Positions 35,819-44,512 of a stretch of DNA of 57,242 nt are shown in pieces. Position 1 is the first letter of the stretch; each line of letters opens with the position of its first letter. Where the stretch lies: NCBI GenBank assembly GCA_016927565.1, contig JAFGMK010000019.1, positions 1 to 57,242 on the forward strand. Direction: 5' to 3'. Source of the DNA: Minisyncoccota bacterium. GTDB taxonomy: Bacteria > Patescibacteriota > Microgenomatia > PFEM01 > JAFGMK01. The position numbers and the translations under genes were made by a program. The notes under the pieces are model-generated. The model saw nothing but the letters and a program-made list of their open reading frames with translations. It did no database searches and was not told where the DNA came from.

Positions 35819-36697
35819 GTGCTTAAAAAAGTTTTTCAGAAACAGCTTGTTTTTTTGTCTGTTTTTTTGTCTGTTTTTTTGTTTCCGGTTAGAGTGGCTG
35901 CTTTGGATTTTCCTGCGCCGGTAGGTTATGTTAACGACTTTGCCGGCATTTTTTCTTCGGGTTTTATCCTTTCTCAAGAAGCGGATCTGGCTGCCTTTGA
36001 GGAGCAAACAGGAATAGAAATTGCCGTGGTGACAATTGACAGCCTTCAGGAAACCACTATTGAGGAAATGGCGGTTAGGCTTTTTGAAAGCTGGCAGATC
36101 GGTAAAAAAGAGGCCGATAACGGCCTTTTATTTTTAATTGCCCCCAATCAGAGAAAATTGAGGATTGAGGTTGGTTATGGTTTGGAAAGTTTAATTACTG
36201 ACAGCCGGGCCGGTCGGATTATTCGGGAAGAAATTACGCCTGAATTTATGAAAAACAACTATGAAGAAGGGGTGAGGAAAGGGGTTGATCGGGCTAAGGA
36301 CTATTTGGTTGGCGGCGGGGAGCCGGCAGAAATAGCAAAGGCAATTGATGAAATAGAGGACAACTTGCCGTTGATTGTTTTTGGTTTTTTCACCCTCATT
36401 TATTTTTCCAGTTTTTGGGGAAGATCCAAGCGGATTTGGCCCGGAGGAGTTGTCGGGTTGGGCCTTGGCGGTTTTTTGACCGCGATTGGCGGTACTTTTC
36501 TTTATGTGGTTTTTTTCGGGCTGCTGGGTTTGTTTTTGGACTGGTTGCTTTCTAAAAATTATCGGAAGCTCCGTTCTTTGGGAAAATCAACCGGCTGGTG
36601 GTCGAGCCGGGGCGGTTTTGGCGGTGGCGGGAGAAGCGGTTTTGGCGGTTTTGGCGGTGGTTCATCCGGCGGTGGCGGGGCAAGCGGAAGCTGGTAG
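35819..36697 (+). CDS. TPM-domain (YgcG-like) membrane protein
   Basis: GYVNDFAGIFS..., IEIAVVTIDSL, LLFLIAPNQRKLRIEVGYGLE, Gly-rich tail. This is the standard LemA partner. Confidence 0.85.
   Translation: MLKKVFQKQLVFLSVFLSVFLFPVRVAALDFPAPVGYVNDFAGIFSSGFILSQEADLAAFEEQTGIEIAVVTIDSLQETTIEEMAVRLFESWQIGKKEADNGLLFLIAPNQRKLRIEVGYGLESLITDSRAGRIIREEITPEFMKNNYEEGVRKGVDRAKDYLVGGGEPAEIAKAIDEIEDNLPLIVFGFFTLIYFSSFWGRSKRIWPGGVVGLGLGGFLTAIGGTFLYVVFFGLLGLFLDWLLSKNYRKLRSLGKSTGWWSSRGGFGGGGRSGFGGFGGGSSGGGGASGSW
35849..35882 (+). repeat. 12-bp tandem repeat (GTTTTTTTGTCT x2.8) inside the signal-peptide coding region
   Basis: Direct reading; encodes FLSVFLSVFLF. Confidence 0.8.
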
Positions 36698-36706
36698 TTT
36701 GGTTGT

Positions 36707-36735
36707 TTGACAAAGAAAGATTTAGTTGATAAAGT
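36707..36735 (+). promoter_or_regulatory. sigma70-like promoter of the rml operon
   Basis: TTGACA, 17 nt, TAAAGT. The ATG at 36748 is only ~12 nt downstream of the -10 and there is no SD. Confidence 0.5.
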
Positions 36736-36747
36736 GATTTTGGCAAA

Positions 36748-37473
36748 ATGAAAGGTGTAATTTTAGCTGGCGGTCTGGGAACGCGTCTTTACCCGCTGAC
36801 CTTTGTGACCAATAAGCATCTTCTTCCGGTTTTTGATAAACCGATGATTTTTTATCCCATTCAAACTCTTGTCCAGGCCGGAATAAAAGAAATTTTGGTC
36901 GTGACCGGCGGCCCTTATGCCGGTCACTTTTTAAGAGTTTTGAAAAACGGCAAAGAGCTTGGAGTTAAGCATCTGGAGTATGCTTTTCAGGAAAAAGAGG
37001 GCGGAATTGCTCAGGCTCTCTCTTTAGCCGAAGATTTTGCCGACGGCGGGCCGGTAGCTGCTATTTTGGGCGACAATACTACTGACGCTGACATTTCCCG
37101 GACGGTTCGGGATTTTAAAGAAGGATCAATGATTTTTTTAAAAAAAGTGCCTGATCCCCAGCGTTTCGGAGTGCCGGTTTTTGACCCCGATGATCCTAAA
37201 AAGATCAAAAAAATTGAAGAAAAACCCCAGCGGCCTCAAAGTTCTTATGCCGTTACCGGCCTTTATCTTTACGATCATCAGGTTTTTAAATTTATTAAAA
37301 GATGCCGGCCCTCGAAGAGAGGCGAGTTAGAAATTACCGATGTGAACAATTTTTATATCAAGAACGGTTTGATGCGCTGGTCTTATTTAAAAGGCTACTG
37401 GTTGGATGCGGGCACTTTTAAGACTCTCTTTCTAGCCAATCGTTTCTGGGCTAAAAGATCAGGAATTAAATGA
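36748..37473 (+). CDS. rmlA: glucose-1-phosphate thymidylyltransferase (short form)
   Basis: [23 protein letters not shown] motif; first gene of the rmlABCD order. Confidence 0.85.
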   Translation: MKGVILAGGLGTRLYPLTFVTNKHLLPVFDKPMIFYPIQTLVQAGIKEILVVTGGPYAGHFLRVLKNGKELGVKHLEYAFQEKEGGIAQALSLAEDFADGGPVAAILGDNTTDADISRTVRDFKEGSMIFLKKVPDPQRFGVPVFDPDDPKKIKKIEEKPQRPQSSYAVTGLYLYDHQVFKFIKRCRPSKRGELEITDVNNFYIKNGLMRWSYLKGYWLDAGTFKTLFLANRFWAKRSGIK

Positions 37474-38438
37474 AAATTTTAGTTACCGGCGGCGCCGGCT
37501 TTATTGGTTCGGCTTTTATCCGTTACTGGTTAAGGCGCTATCCTAAAGATCAGATTGTTAATCTGGACAAACTTACTTATGCCGGCAGTCTGGCCAGTCT
37601 TCAAGCGGTTAAAGATCAGGGGCGGTATTTTTTTATTAAAGGGGATATTACTGATTCCCGGTTGGTCAGGCGGGCGATGGCGGGTTGCGAGACAGTAGTT
37701 CATTTTGCCGCTGAAACCCATGTTGATCGTTCGATTTCCGGGCCGGCAGTTTTTATCAGAACGAACGTGATCGGCACTCGGGTTTTGCTTCAGGAAGCTC
37801 TGAGGGCAAAAGTAAAACGGTTTCATCATGTTTCCACGGATGAGGTTTTTGGTTCTCTGCCTTTGAAGAGTAAAAAGAAATTCAGCGAAAAGACTGCTTA
37901 TGCTCCCCGAAGTCCCTATGCGGCCTCGAAAGCAGCCGCTGACCATCTGGTTCGGGCTTGGTTTTTTACTTACGGATTGCCGATAACGATTACTAATTGC
38001 TCGAATAATTTCGGTCCTTTTCAGCAGCCGGAAAAACTGATCCCGAAGGCGATTGTCCGGATTTTAAAAAATCAAACGGTTCCGATCTATGGTGACGGTC
38101 TTTATGTCCGGGATTGGCTTTATGTGGACGATCATTGCCGGGCGATTGAGCTGGTTTTAAAAAAAGGCAAAACAGGAGAGACTTATCTGGTGGGCGGAAT
38201 GGGGCAGGAAATTAATAATCTCCAACTTATTAAGTTGATTTTGAAAATTATGGGGCGTAGTCAGGATTTAATTGAGTTTGTCAAAGATCGTCCCGGCCAC
38301 GACCGGAAGTATCGTGTTGAATCAAAAAAAATCAGGAGGGATCTTGGTTGGGAGCCTCAGGCTGAATTTGAAAAAAACCTTTCAAAAACGATTAAATGGT
38401 ATCAAAAAAACCAGCAATGGTGTCGGGAGCAAAAATGA
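37470..38438 (+). CDS. rmlB: dTDP-glucose 4,6-dehydratase
   Basis: [15 protein letters not shown] and YAASKAA (YxxxK) motifs. Confidence 0.95.
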   Translation: MKILVTGGAGFIGSAFIRYWLRRYPKDQIVNLDKLTYAGSLASLQAVKDQGRYFFIKGDITDSRLVRRAMAGCETVVHFAAETHVDRSISGPAVFIRTNVIGTRVLLQEALRAKVKRFHHVSTDEVFGSLPLKSKKKFSEKTAYAPRSPYAASKAAADHLVRAWFFTYGLPITITNCSNNFGPFQQPEKLIPKAIVRILKNQTVPIYGDGLYVRDWLYVDDHCRAIELVLKKGKTGETYLVGGMGQEINNLQLIKLILKIMGRSQDLIEFVKDRPGHDRKYRVESKKIRRDLGWEPQAEFEKNLSKTIKWYQKNQQWCREQK

Positions 38439-38971
38439 AGCTGGCCGAAGAAGTTTTAAAAATAGTTACGGATCAGTCTTATCAAAAAAAGCCTTTAATT
38501 GCGGGGGTTAAAATTGTTGAATTGAAAAGGCACTTAGCGGAAGATGGTGCTTTTGCGGAGATTGTTAGGTTTGAACGGGGAAAAATTGTCGCTCCGGAAG
38601 AGTTTCGGGGATTTGTTGTTGCTCAGGTGAATCATTCTCTGATGGTTCCGGGAACTGTTAAGGCCTGGCATCTTCATCAGCTTCAAGACGAAATTTGGTT
38701 TGTCCACCCTTCTGCCTGTTTGATCGCCGGTTTACTGGATGTCCGTACCGGTTCAAAGACGAAAAACCTGACAATGCGGTTAAGCTTAGGCGGGGGAAGG
38801 GCCTGCCTACTTTATATTCCCTGCGGCGTTGCTCACGGTCTCAGCAATCCTTATTTTGGCAATGCGACTATGACCTATCTTGTCAGCCGGCATTTTGACG
38901 GTTCGGATGAGAAAAGATTGCCGTTTGATTTTGGCGTTAATAAAGACTTTTGGGAAATTAAAAAAGGTTAG
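38435..38971 (+). CDS. rmlC: dTDP-4-dehydrorhamnose 3,5-epimerase
   Basis: ATGA overlap with rmlB; cupin core with WHLH..Q.E.W and GVAHG. Confidence 0.85.
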   Translation: MKLAEEVLKIVTDQSYQKKPLIAGVKIVELKRHLAEDGAFAEIVRFERGKIVAPEEFRGFVVAQVNHSLMVPGTVKAWHLHQLQDEIWFVHPSACLIAGLLDVRTGSKTKNLTMRLSLGGGRACLLYIPCGVAHGLSNPYFGNATMTYLVSRHFDGSDEKRLPFDFGVNKDFWEIKKG

Positions 38972-38972
38972 G

Positions 38973-39944
38973 ATGAAATCCAGAATTATCGCCACCGGAC
39001 TGTCTGGTTTGGTGGGTTCCCGTCTAAAAGAACTGTTAACGCCCCGATTTTCCTTTATAAATCTTTCCCAACCAAATTTTGACATTCTCAGGCGGAAGGA
39101 ATTAGAACCCGTTTTTAGGAAAGAAAATAAAGCAGAAATTGTTTTGCATTTAGCGGCTTTTACCGATGTTAAAGCCGCCTGGCGGCAACGGGGCCAAAAA
39201 GAAGGGCTTTGTTTCCGGGTTAATGTCAGCGGTACCCAGAATTTAATTGAATTGTGCCGGTTTTACCATAAACATCTGGTTTATATTTCGACCGATTTTG
39301 TTTTTTCAGGTAAAAAAAGGTCGACTTACACTGAAAAAGACCGCCCCGATCCGATTGAATGGTATGGCCAGACTAAGCTTTGGGCTGAAGAAGCAATTCA
39401 AAACCAGCTTGAGGATTGGACGATTGCCCGGATTGCCTTTCCTTATCGGGCTTCTTTTGCTCCCAAAATTGATCTGGTCAGAAAGATCATTCAGGGCCTC
39501 CAAGATAAAACTCTCTATCCGATGTTTACTGATCAGATTACTACTCCCACTCTGATTGATGACCTCGCTTTGGCAATGGCGGCTATTTTTAAAAAAAGAC
39601 CTCGGGGAATCTTTCATCTGGTCGGTTCCAGTTCTCAATCCCCTTATGAATTAGCTTGCCAGATAGCCGCAGTTTTCGGCTTTGAAAAAAAACAGATTAA
39701 AAAAGGTTCTCTGCTTAGGTATTTGAAGGCCAAATCGGAAGATATTCCTCCCTGGCCCCGATTTTTGGCTCTTTCCAACCAGAAGGCCAAGACCCAGTTG
39801 GGGATTAAGTTTTCCACTCTTCGCCAGGGTCTGGAGAAAATATTTTCCCAACTCAACCGGTCAGTCGGGTCAGGCCGGTCAGTCGGGTCAGGCCGGTCAA
39901 CAAACCAAATTGACCCGATCACCAAAAAAAGTTCAATGAACTGA
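38973..39944 (+). CDS. rmlD: dTDP-4-dehydrorhamnose reductase
   Basis: ATGLSGLVGSRL Rossmann motif, STDFVF, YGQTKLWAE (YxxxK). Repeat-encoded C-terminal tail. Confidence 0.85.
   Translation: MKSRIIATGLSGLVGSRLKELLTPRFSFINLSQPNFDILRRKELEPVFRKENKAEIVLHLAAFTDVKAAWRQRGQKEGLCFRVNVSGTQNLIELCRFYHKHLVYISTDFVFSGKKRSTYTEKDRPDPIEWYGQTKLWAEEAIQNQLEDWTIARIAFPYRASFAPKIDLVRKIIQGLQDKTLYPMFTDQITTPTLIDDLALAMAAIFKKRPRGIFHLVGSSSQSPYELACQIAAVFGFEKKQIKKGSLLRYLKAKSEDIPPWPRFLALSNQKAKTQLGIKFSTLRQGLEKIFSQLNRSVGSGRSVGSGRSTNQIDPITKKSSMN
39857..39899 (+). repeat. 18-bp tandem repeat x2.4 (9-bp GGTCAG periodicity) at the 3' end of rmlD
   Basis: CCGGTCAGTCGGGTCAGG at 39857-39874 and 39875-39892, then a partial copy. It encodes RSVGSGRSVGSGRS. 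Confidence 0.85.
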
Positions 39945-39955
39945 ATCATTGAACT
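39930..39955. repeat. 26-nt perfect hairpin repeat, copy 1
   Basis: AGTTCAATGA-ACTGAA-TCATTGAACT, identical in all three copies. This copy overlaps the rmlD stop codon. Confidence 0.9.
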
Positions 39956-39975
39956 GTTCTTAATTTTGGAAAATC

Positions 39976-40416
39976 ATGCCTCAAATATCCAAATTCGAAA
40001 TAAATCAAAAAATATCTAAAAGGATTACAGAAGTTTTTCTGAATTCAATTTTAAAGATTAAGAATAAGAAAGAAGCAATTGATTTTTTTTCTGATCTTTT
40101 AACTTCGACAGAACAGACAATGCTGATAAAAAGATTGGCAATTGCTGTTTTGGCAGGAAAGAATTATTCGTATGAATCAATTATGGATATTTTAAAAGTA
40201 AGTCGGGCTACGATAAGTTCAGTTAAAAATGTTATTAATCAATCTGAGGGGGGTTACGATAAGGTAATCAAGAGACTTTTAAAAGAAGAAAAAATTAAAA
40301 AATTTTTTCTTACAATTGAAGAGATATTAGAAATAATGCCGCCGAAAGGTTCAGACCGGCGAGAATGGGGAAAGCGGAAAAGGCAACGGATAATTGAAAA
40401 ACAAGCCCCCTTTTAG
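39976..40416 (+). CDS. TrpR-related YerC/YecD-like DNA-binding protein
   Basis: FFSDLLTSTEQTMLIKRLAIAVL...YESIMDILKVSRATISSV matches the YerC/YecD pattern. Confidence 0.7.
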   Translation: MPQISKFEINQKISKRITEVFLNSILKIKNKKEAIDFFSDLLTSTEQTMLIKRLAIAVLAGKNYSYESIMDILKVSRATISSVKNVINQSEGGYDKVIKRLLKEEKIKKFFLTIEEILEIMPPKGSDRREWGKRKRQRIIEKQAPF

Positions 40417-40417
40417 C

Positions 40418-40443
40418 AGTTCAATGAACTGAATCATTGAACT
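40418..40443. repeat. 26-nt perfect hairpin repeat, copy 2
   Basis: Identical 26-mer starting 2 nt after the TrpR-like stop codon. Confidence 0.9.
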
Positions 40444-40533
40444 AAATGAAACTATTAAGAAGAGCTCGGATCGAAAAGGCAAAGAAGTTAAAGAAATCGG
40501 GAAGACCAAGAATGATGGCAAAGCAAAAGAAAA

Positions 40534-41262
40534 CTACTTCAAGAGATCGGGGCGGCGGCTTCGGGTGCGTTTCAAAGACTGATTTTGACGCCAATTTTTG
40601 ATTTTCTGATGATTACCGGAAAGCAAAACTTTCGGAACCGACCAGCCGCGAAAACTTCTCGGATGAGTATATTGAGGATAGTCGAGGAGACTTTTGGGCT
40701 TGGGCTGTTTTCCGATTTTACTTTCAGCCTGAGAGTAGTCAGTTAATTCCAAAGCCGAAAAAGATTCGTTTTTGGTAGCTTCTTTTTTTTTCAAAACACC
40801 GGGAATCAGTCTGGTAATGGCATCGGTCAGAACCATTGCCGGAATCTCGCCGCCGGTTAAAATATAATCGCCGACAGAAATTTCCTCATCAACCAGATGC
40901 CGACGAATCCGTTCGTCAATTCCTTCGTAATGACCGCAGATAAGAATTAAATTTTTAAGGGCCGATAATTCCCGGACCTTTTTTTGTTTTAGCACTTGAG
41001 CCTGAGGGGTTAATAAAATAACCTTTTGGTTTTTTGATTTTAAATCACAGACGGCTTTATAAACAGGCTCGATTTTTAAAATCATTCCCGCACCGCCGCC
41101 ATATGGTCGGTCATCTACCGTCTTGTGGGGATCGTTTGCCCAGTTCCGCAGATTGTGAATCTTAATCTGGAGAATTCCTTTTTTTTGCGCCCGTTTAAGA
41201 ATGCTTTGGCTTAAAGGGCCGACAAACATCTCCGGAAAAAGAGTTAAGATTTCAATTTTCAT
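40534..41262 (-). CDS. trmD: tRNA (guanine37-N1)-methyltransferase
   Basis: LTLFPEMF and DDRPYGGGAGM motifs, CGHYEGIDER. Confidence 0.95.
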   Translation of the reverse strand: MKIEILTLFPEMFVGPLSQSILKRAQKKGILQIKIHNLRNWANDPHKTVDDRPYGGGAGMILKIEPVYKAVCDLKSKNQKVILLTPQAQVLKQKKVRELSALKNLILICGHYEGIDERIRRHLVDEEISVGDYILTGGEIPAMVLTDAITRLIPGVLKKKEATKNESFSALELTDYSQAESKIGKQPKPKSLLDYPQYTHPRSFRGWSVPKVLLSGNHQKIKNWRQNQSLKRTRSRRPDLLK

Positions 41263-41332
41263 TACCCTATTTTAAACCTCTAATATTTAGAGTACAATTT
41301 TCAAAGAAAGAATTACTATTATTTAAAAGAAG

Positions 41333-42469
41333 ATGAGAGTCGTTCATTTGTTGGCTACCTATAACGAAAAGGAAAATCTCGAGGCAATGATTGAGGCTAT
41401 TGATAAAATCGGCCAAAATTTGCCGCAACATGAATTTCTGATCCTAGTGGCCGACAGTAATTCGCCTGACGGCACCGGAAGGATTGCCGACCGCTTGGCC
41501 AAAAAGAGAAAAGACCTTTTTTATATTCAAACTCCCCGGGGATTAGGAATCTCTTTGATTCGAGGTTACAGTTATGCCATGAAGGAACTGAAGGCAGAGG
41601 TTGTTTTGCCTAATGACGTTGATTTTCAGTGGAATCCGGCTTATATTCCCGAACTTTTAAAGAAAATTGAGGCCGGTTACGATGTAGTGGTGCCTTCACG
41701 TCATGTTGCCGGCGGCAGTGATAATTTTTCTGCCTTCCGTAAGTTGACCCATTGGGTTTCAAATACTTTATTTGCCTATTATTTGGCCGGAATTACCCAG
41801 GTGAAAGATCATAACGGCAATATGAAAGCAATTCGGGTGAAGGGAATTTTGGATCGAGTTGATTTGACTAAGCTTGAGGTTCGGGGATTTGTTTTTCAAA
41901 TGACGATGATTTATGAACTGGCTAAGACAGGAGCCAGTTTTGTAGAAATTCCGGCCCGGTATCAAGACCGGCGTGCCGGTCAGACTAAGGTTGGTTTCAA
42001 CCTTCAGTTTTTTAAAGATATTTTTGAATACATGATTCATTCAGCCAAAATCAGACTGGAGCGCTCCCGGCGATTTTTAAAATTTGCCGTGGTCGGTTTT
42101 GTTGGCTTTTTGATTAACGCTATCGGTTTAGAGACTTTTTACGGATTGGGATTGGGGGCGGGTTTGGCGGCGGCCGGGGGGGCTGAGTTGGCAATTATTT
42201 CTAATTTTACCTTTAACAATCTTTGGACATTTGCCGGCGAAAAAATCACCGGTATCAGAAAAATCCTGGCTAAATTTTTTCAGTTCAATCTTACTTCCCT
42301 GGGAGCAATTGTGATTCAATGGATAGTGGTCGGACTTTTGGCTCGGTTTTTTGGAGATCAATGGCGTCAATTATATCTGGTGATTGCCATTGGTTTTTTT
42401 GTTTTGCCTTACAATTATCTGATGTATACCCGGGTGATTTGGCGAACTAAACAGGCTCTTCAAAAATAA
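41333..42469 (+). CDS. polyprenyl-phosphate glycosyltransferase (GT2, DPM1-like) fused to a GtrA-like TM domain
   Basis: ATYNEKENL, ADSNSPDGT, DVD; C-terminal four-TM region RFLKFAVVGFVGFLIN. Confidence 0.85.
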   Translation: MRVVHLLATYNEKENLEAMIEAIDKIGQNLPQHEFLILVADSNSPDGTGRIADRLAKKRKDLFYIQTPRGLGISLIRGYSYAMKELKAEVVLPNDVDFQWNPAYIPELLKKIEAGYDVVVPSRHVAGGSDNFSAFRKLTHWVSNTLFAYYLAGITQVKDHNGNMKAIRVKGILDRVDLTKLEVRGFVFQMTMIYELAKTGASFVEIPARYQDRRAGQTKVGFNLQFFKDIFEYMIHSAKIRLERSRRFLKFAVVGFVGFLINAIGLETFYGLGLGAGLAAAGGAELAIISNFTFNNLWTFAGEKITGIRKILAKFFQFNLTSLGAIVIQWIVVGLLARFFGDQWRQLYLVIAIGFFVLPYNYLMYTRVIWRTKQALQK

Positions 42470-43620
42470 GGCGTCCAGTCAGCGACCGGCGCTGTGTTTC
42501 CCAGAATAAAATTAAGACTGAAAAAATAGATTGCCGGTAAAATGAACCAAAAAGCAATCCTGAATTCTCTTTTAATAATTAAAGGCTCAAGGCCGATCAG
42601 TAAAAAAGGCCAGGCGGGTAAAAGATAGCGGCTGATGTCCCGATGAGCGACAAAAACAGTGGCTAAGTAAAAAATCAGGGCAAAGAAGCCCATAACAACC
42701 TGTTTTTTCTTGAAAAGAAGCAAAATTCCGATAGCGCCAATCAGATAGAGCCAGACCATATCTTCAATCCAGATTTGTCCCAACCAGCTGCGGGAAGCGT
42801 TAAAAGACTGGAAGGGAAAAGGAGTCAGGTGAAAGTTATCCCCGGAATGAAAGTAGGCCCAGAAATTACCGGTTTGGTTTTGATAAAAGAAAAAAACCGC
42901 CATGAGGGTGAGGGGAATTAGAAACAGCGGCAAAGTTTTGCAGAGAGAATTGATTTTGGACTGAACTGATTTGCCGGATTGCTCAAGATCAATTCTTTCC
43001 CGGATAAGATAATAAAGACCATAGGCGGCAAAAAGGAGAATTGCCGGACTTTTGGTTGCTTGAGCTAAGGCGCCAAAGCCGCCGGCTAGCCAATACCTTT
43101 GTTTCCTGAAGAAATAAATTGAAGTTAAAATAGCAAAGACAAAAAAAGATTCCGGAGCCCCGACGCTCCGGACAGCAAAAAGTCTGGCCGGTAAAAAAAG
43201 AAAAACAAAACTTAACCAAAAAGGCTTTTGGGAAAGATTGAAATCGGTTATCAGGCGATAAAAAACAAAAACCGCCGCCATGCTTGAAAAAAGGTTGGCA
43301 ATCAGCATCGCCCAGGGTGGAGCCAGAAATAAACTGCCCAAGCGAATCAATGCCGGATAGCCCGGAAAATGAGCCGGGTAGTATTCGAGGGGAAGAGGAA
43401 GAGAGAAGAGCCGGCCAATCAGCTCTTTTTGGTACCAGGTTTTGGCAATAATAAGATAGTTCGGCCCATCATAATTGGCAAAAACGGTTTTCATTCCTCC
43501 GGGCGGGATCTCAAAACCCAGAAAGCGGGAGAACCCTCCAAAAAAAGGCCACCACAAAAGCAGGGTAGAGAAAACAGTTACCAGAATAAGTAAAAGAAGC
43601 TCTTTGGTTGACCTTTTCAT
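42460..43620 (-). CDS. polytopic membrane protein, GT-C-like glycosyltransferase candidate
   Basis: About 10 TM helices and an aromatic-rich first loop; context of GT2/GT-C genes. Confidence 0.6.
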   Translation of the reverse strand: MKRSTKELLLLILVTVFSTLLLWWPFFGGFSRFLGFEIPPGGMKTVFANYDGPNYLIIAKTWYQKELIGRLFSLPLPLEYYPAHFPGYPALIRLGSLFLAPPWAMLIANLFSSMAAVFVFYRLITDFNLSQKPFWLSFVFLFLPARLFAVRSVGAPESFFVFAILTSIYFFRKQRYWLAGGFGALAQATKSPAILLFAAYGLYYLIRERIDLEQSGKSVQSKINSLCKTLPLFLIPLTLMAVFFFYQNQTGNFWAYFHSGDNFHLTPFPFQSFNASRSWLGQIWIEDMVWLYLIGAIGILLLFKKKQVVMGFFALIFYLATVFVAHRDISRYLLPAWPFLLIGLEPLIIKREFRIAFWFILPAIYFFSLNFILGNTAPVADWTPYF

Positions 43621-43647
43621 TTCGCTGTTTTTGATTCCGTATAATCA

Positions 43648-43736
43648 CTTACCCCCTTTGACAAAGGCAATGATTCCGGATCGTCTGCGGATTTCGATCC
43701 GGGGTCGGGGGGCTTCGGATTGTCAAAGAAAGTAAG
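43648..43736. promoter_or_regulatory. structured palindromic intergenic element
   Basis: Outer arms CTTAC..CTTTGACAA / TTGTCAAAG..GTAAG enclose an 11-bp stem ATTCCGGATCG / CGATCCGGGGT. TATAAT at 43640-43645. Confidence 0.3.
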
Positions 43737-43798
43737 CAGTTGTGATTCTGCTTTATGATAGCACAATCAAAGTTACCTATGCTATACTTGATCCTAAG

Positions 43799-44512
43799 AT
43801 GGAGAGAATAAAATCCCTTTCAGTTTTTTTTCCGGCCTATAATGAGGAAGGGAATATTGCCCGGACAATTAACCGGGCAATGGCAATTCTTCCTCAGATT
43901 GCCCGCGAGTGGGAAATTATCGTCATTAATGACGGTTCGACTGACAAAACCGGTCAGATTGTTAATTGTCTCATCAAAAAAGAGCCGCGGATAAAGATGA
44001 TTGTCCACACTCCGAACCGGGGTTACGGTGCGGCTCTAAAAAGCGGTTTTTACAGTGCCCGATATCAATGGATAGCCTTCACTGACAGTGATGGCCAGTT
44101 TGACTTTGATCAAATCAGGCGTTTTTTACCTTTAGCTGAAAAGGCAGATGCTATTTTTGGTTTCAGAGAGAAAAGAGGCGATAGTTTTTACCGGAATTTA
44201 TTGCAAAAGGTTTTATCTCTGGTTAATCGGCTTCTTTTCGGCTTAAAAGTTCGGGATGTTGATTGCGGATTTAAAATGATTAAAAAAGAGGTGATTGAAA
44301 AAATCCCTCATCTGATTACCGAAAGCGCGATTACCGAAACGGAACTGGTCGTCAGGATTAAAAGAGCCGGGTTTAAAATTGCTGAGGTGGGAGTAAGTCA
44401 TCTTCCCCGGAAGAAAGGGAAGCAAACGGGAGGAAATTTTAAAATTATCTTCAAAGCGGGAATTGAGGGTTTGAAACTATGGGGGCGAATGCTTCAAAAA
44501 GAAAAAGAATAG
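43799..44512 (+). CDS. polyprenyl-phosphate glycosyltransferase (GT2, ArnC/DPM1-like)
   Basis: LSVFFPAYNEEGNI, INDGSTDKT, TDSDGQ (DxD). Confidence 0.85.
   Translation: MERIKSLSVFFPAYNEEGNIARTINRAMAILPQIAREWEIIVINDGSTDKTGQIVNCLIKKEPRIKMIVHTPNRGYGAALKSGFYSARYQWIAFTDSDGQFDFDQIRRFLPLAEKADAIFGFREKRGDSFYRNLLQKVLSLVNRLLFGLKVRDVDCGFKMIKKEVIEKIPHLITESAITETELVVRIKRAGFKIAEVGVSHLPRKKGKQTGGNFKIIFKAGIEGLKLWGRMLQKEKE

Noticed and set aside
40446-40601. 51-aa highly basic ORF (MKLLRRARIEKAKKLKK...) immediately after hairpin copy 2
   Set aside because: It has no RBS, overlaps the 3' end of trmD in antisense, and has low-complexity composition. It is kept only as a note.
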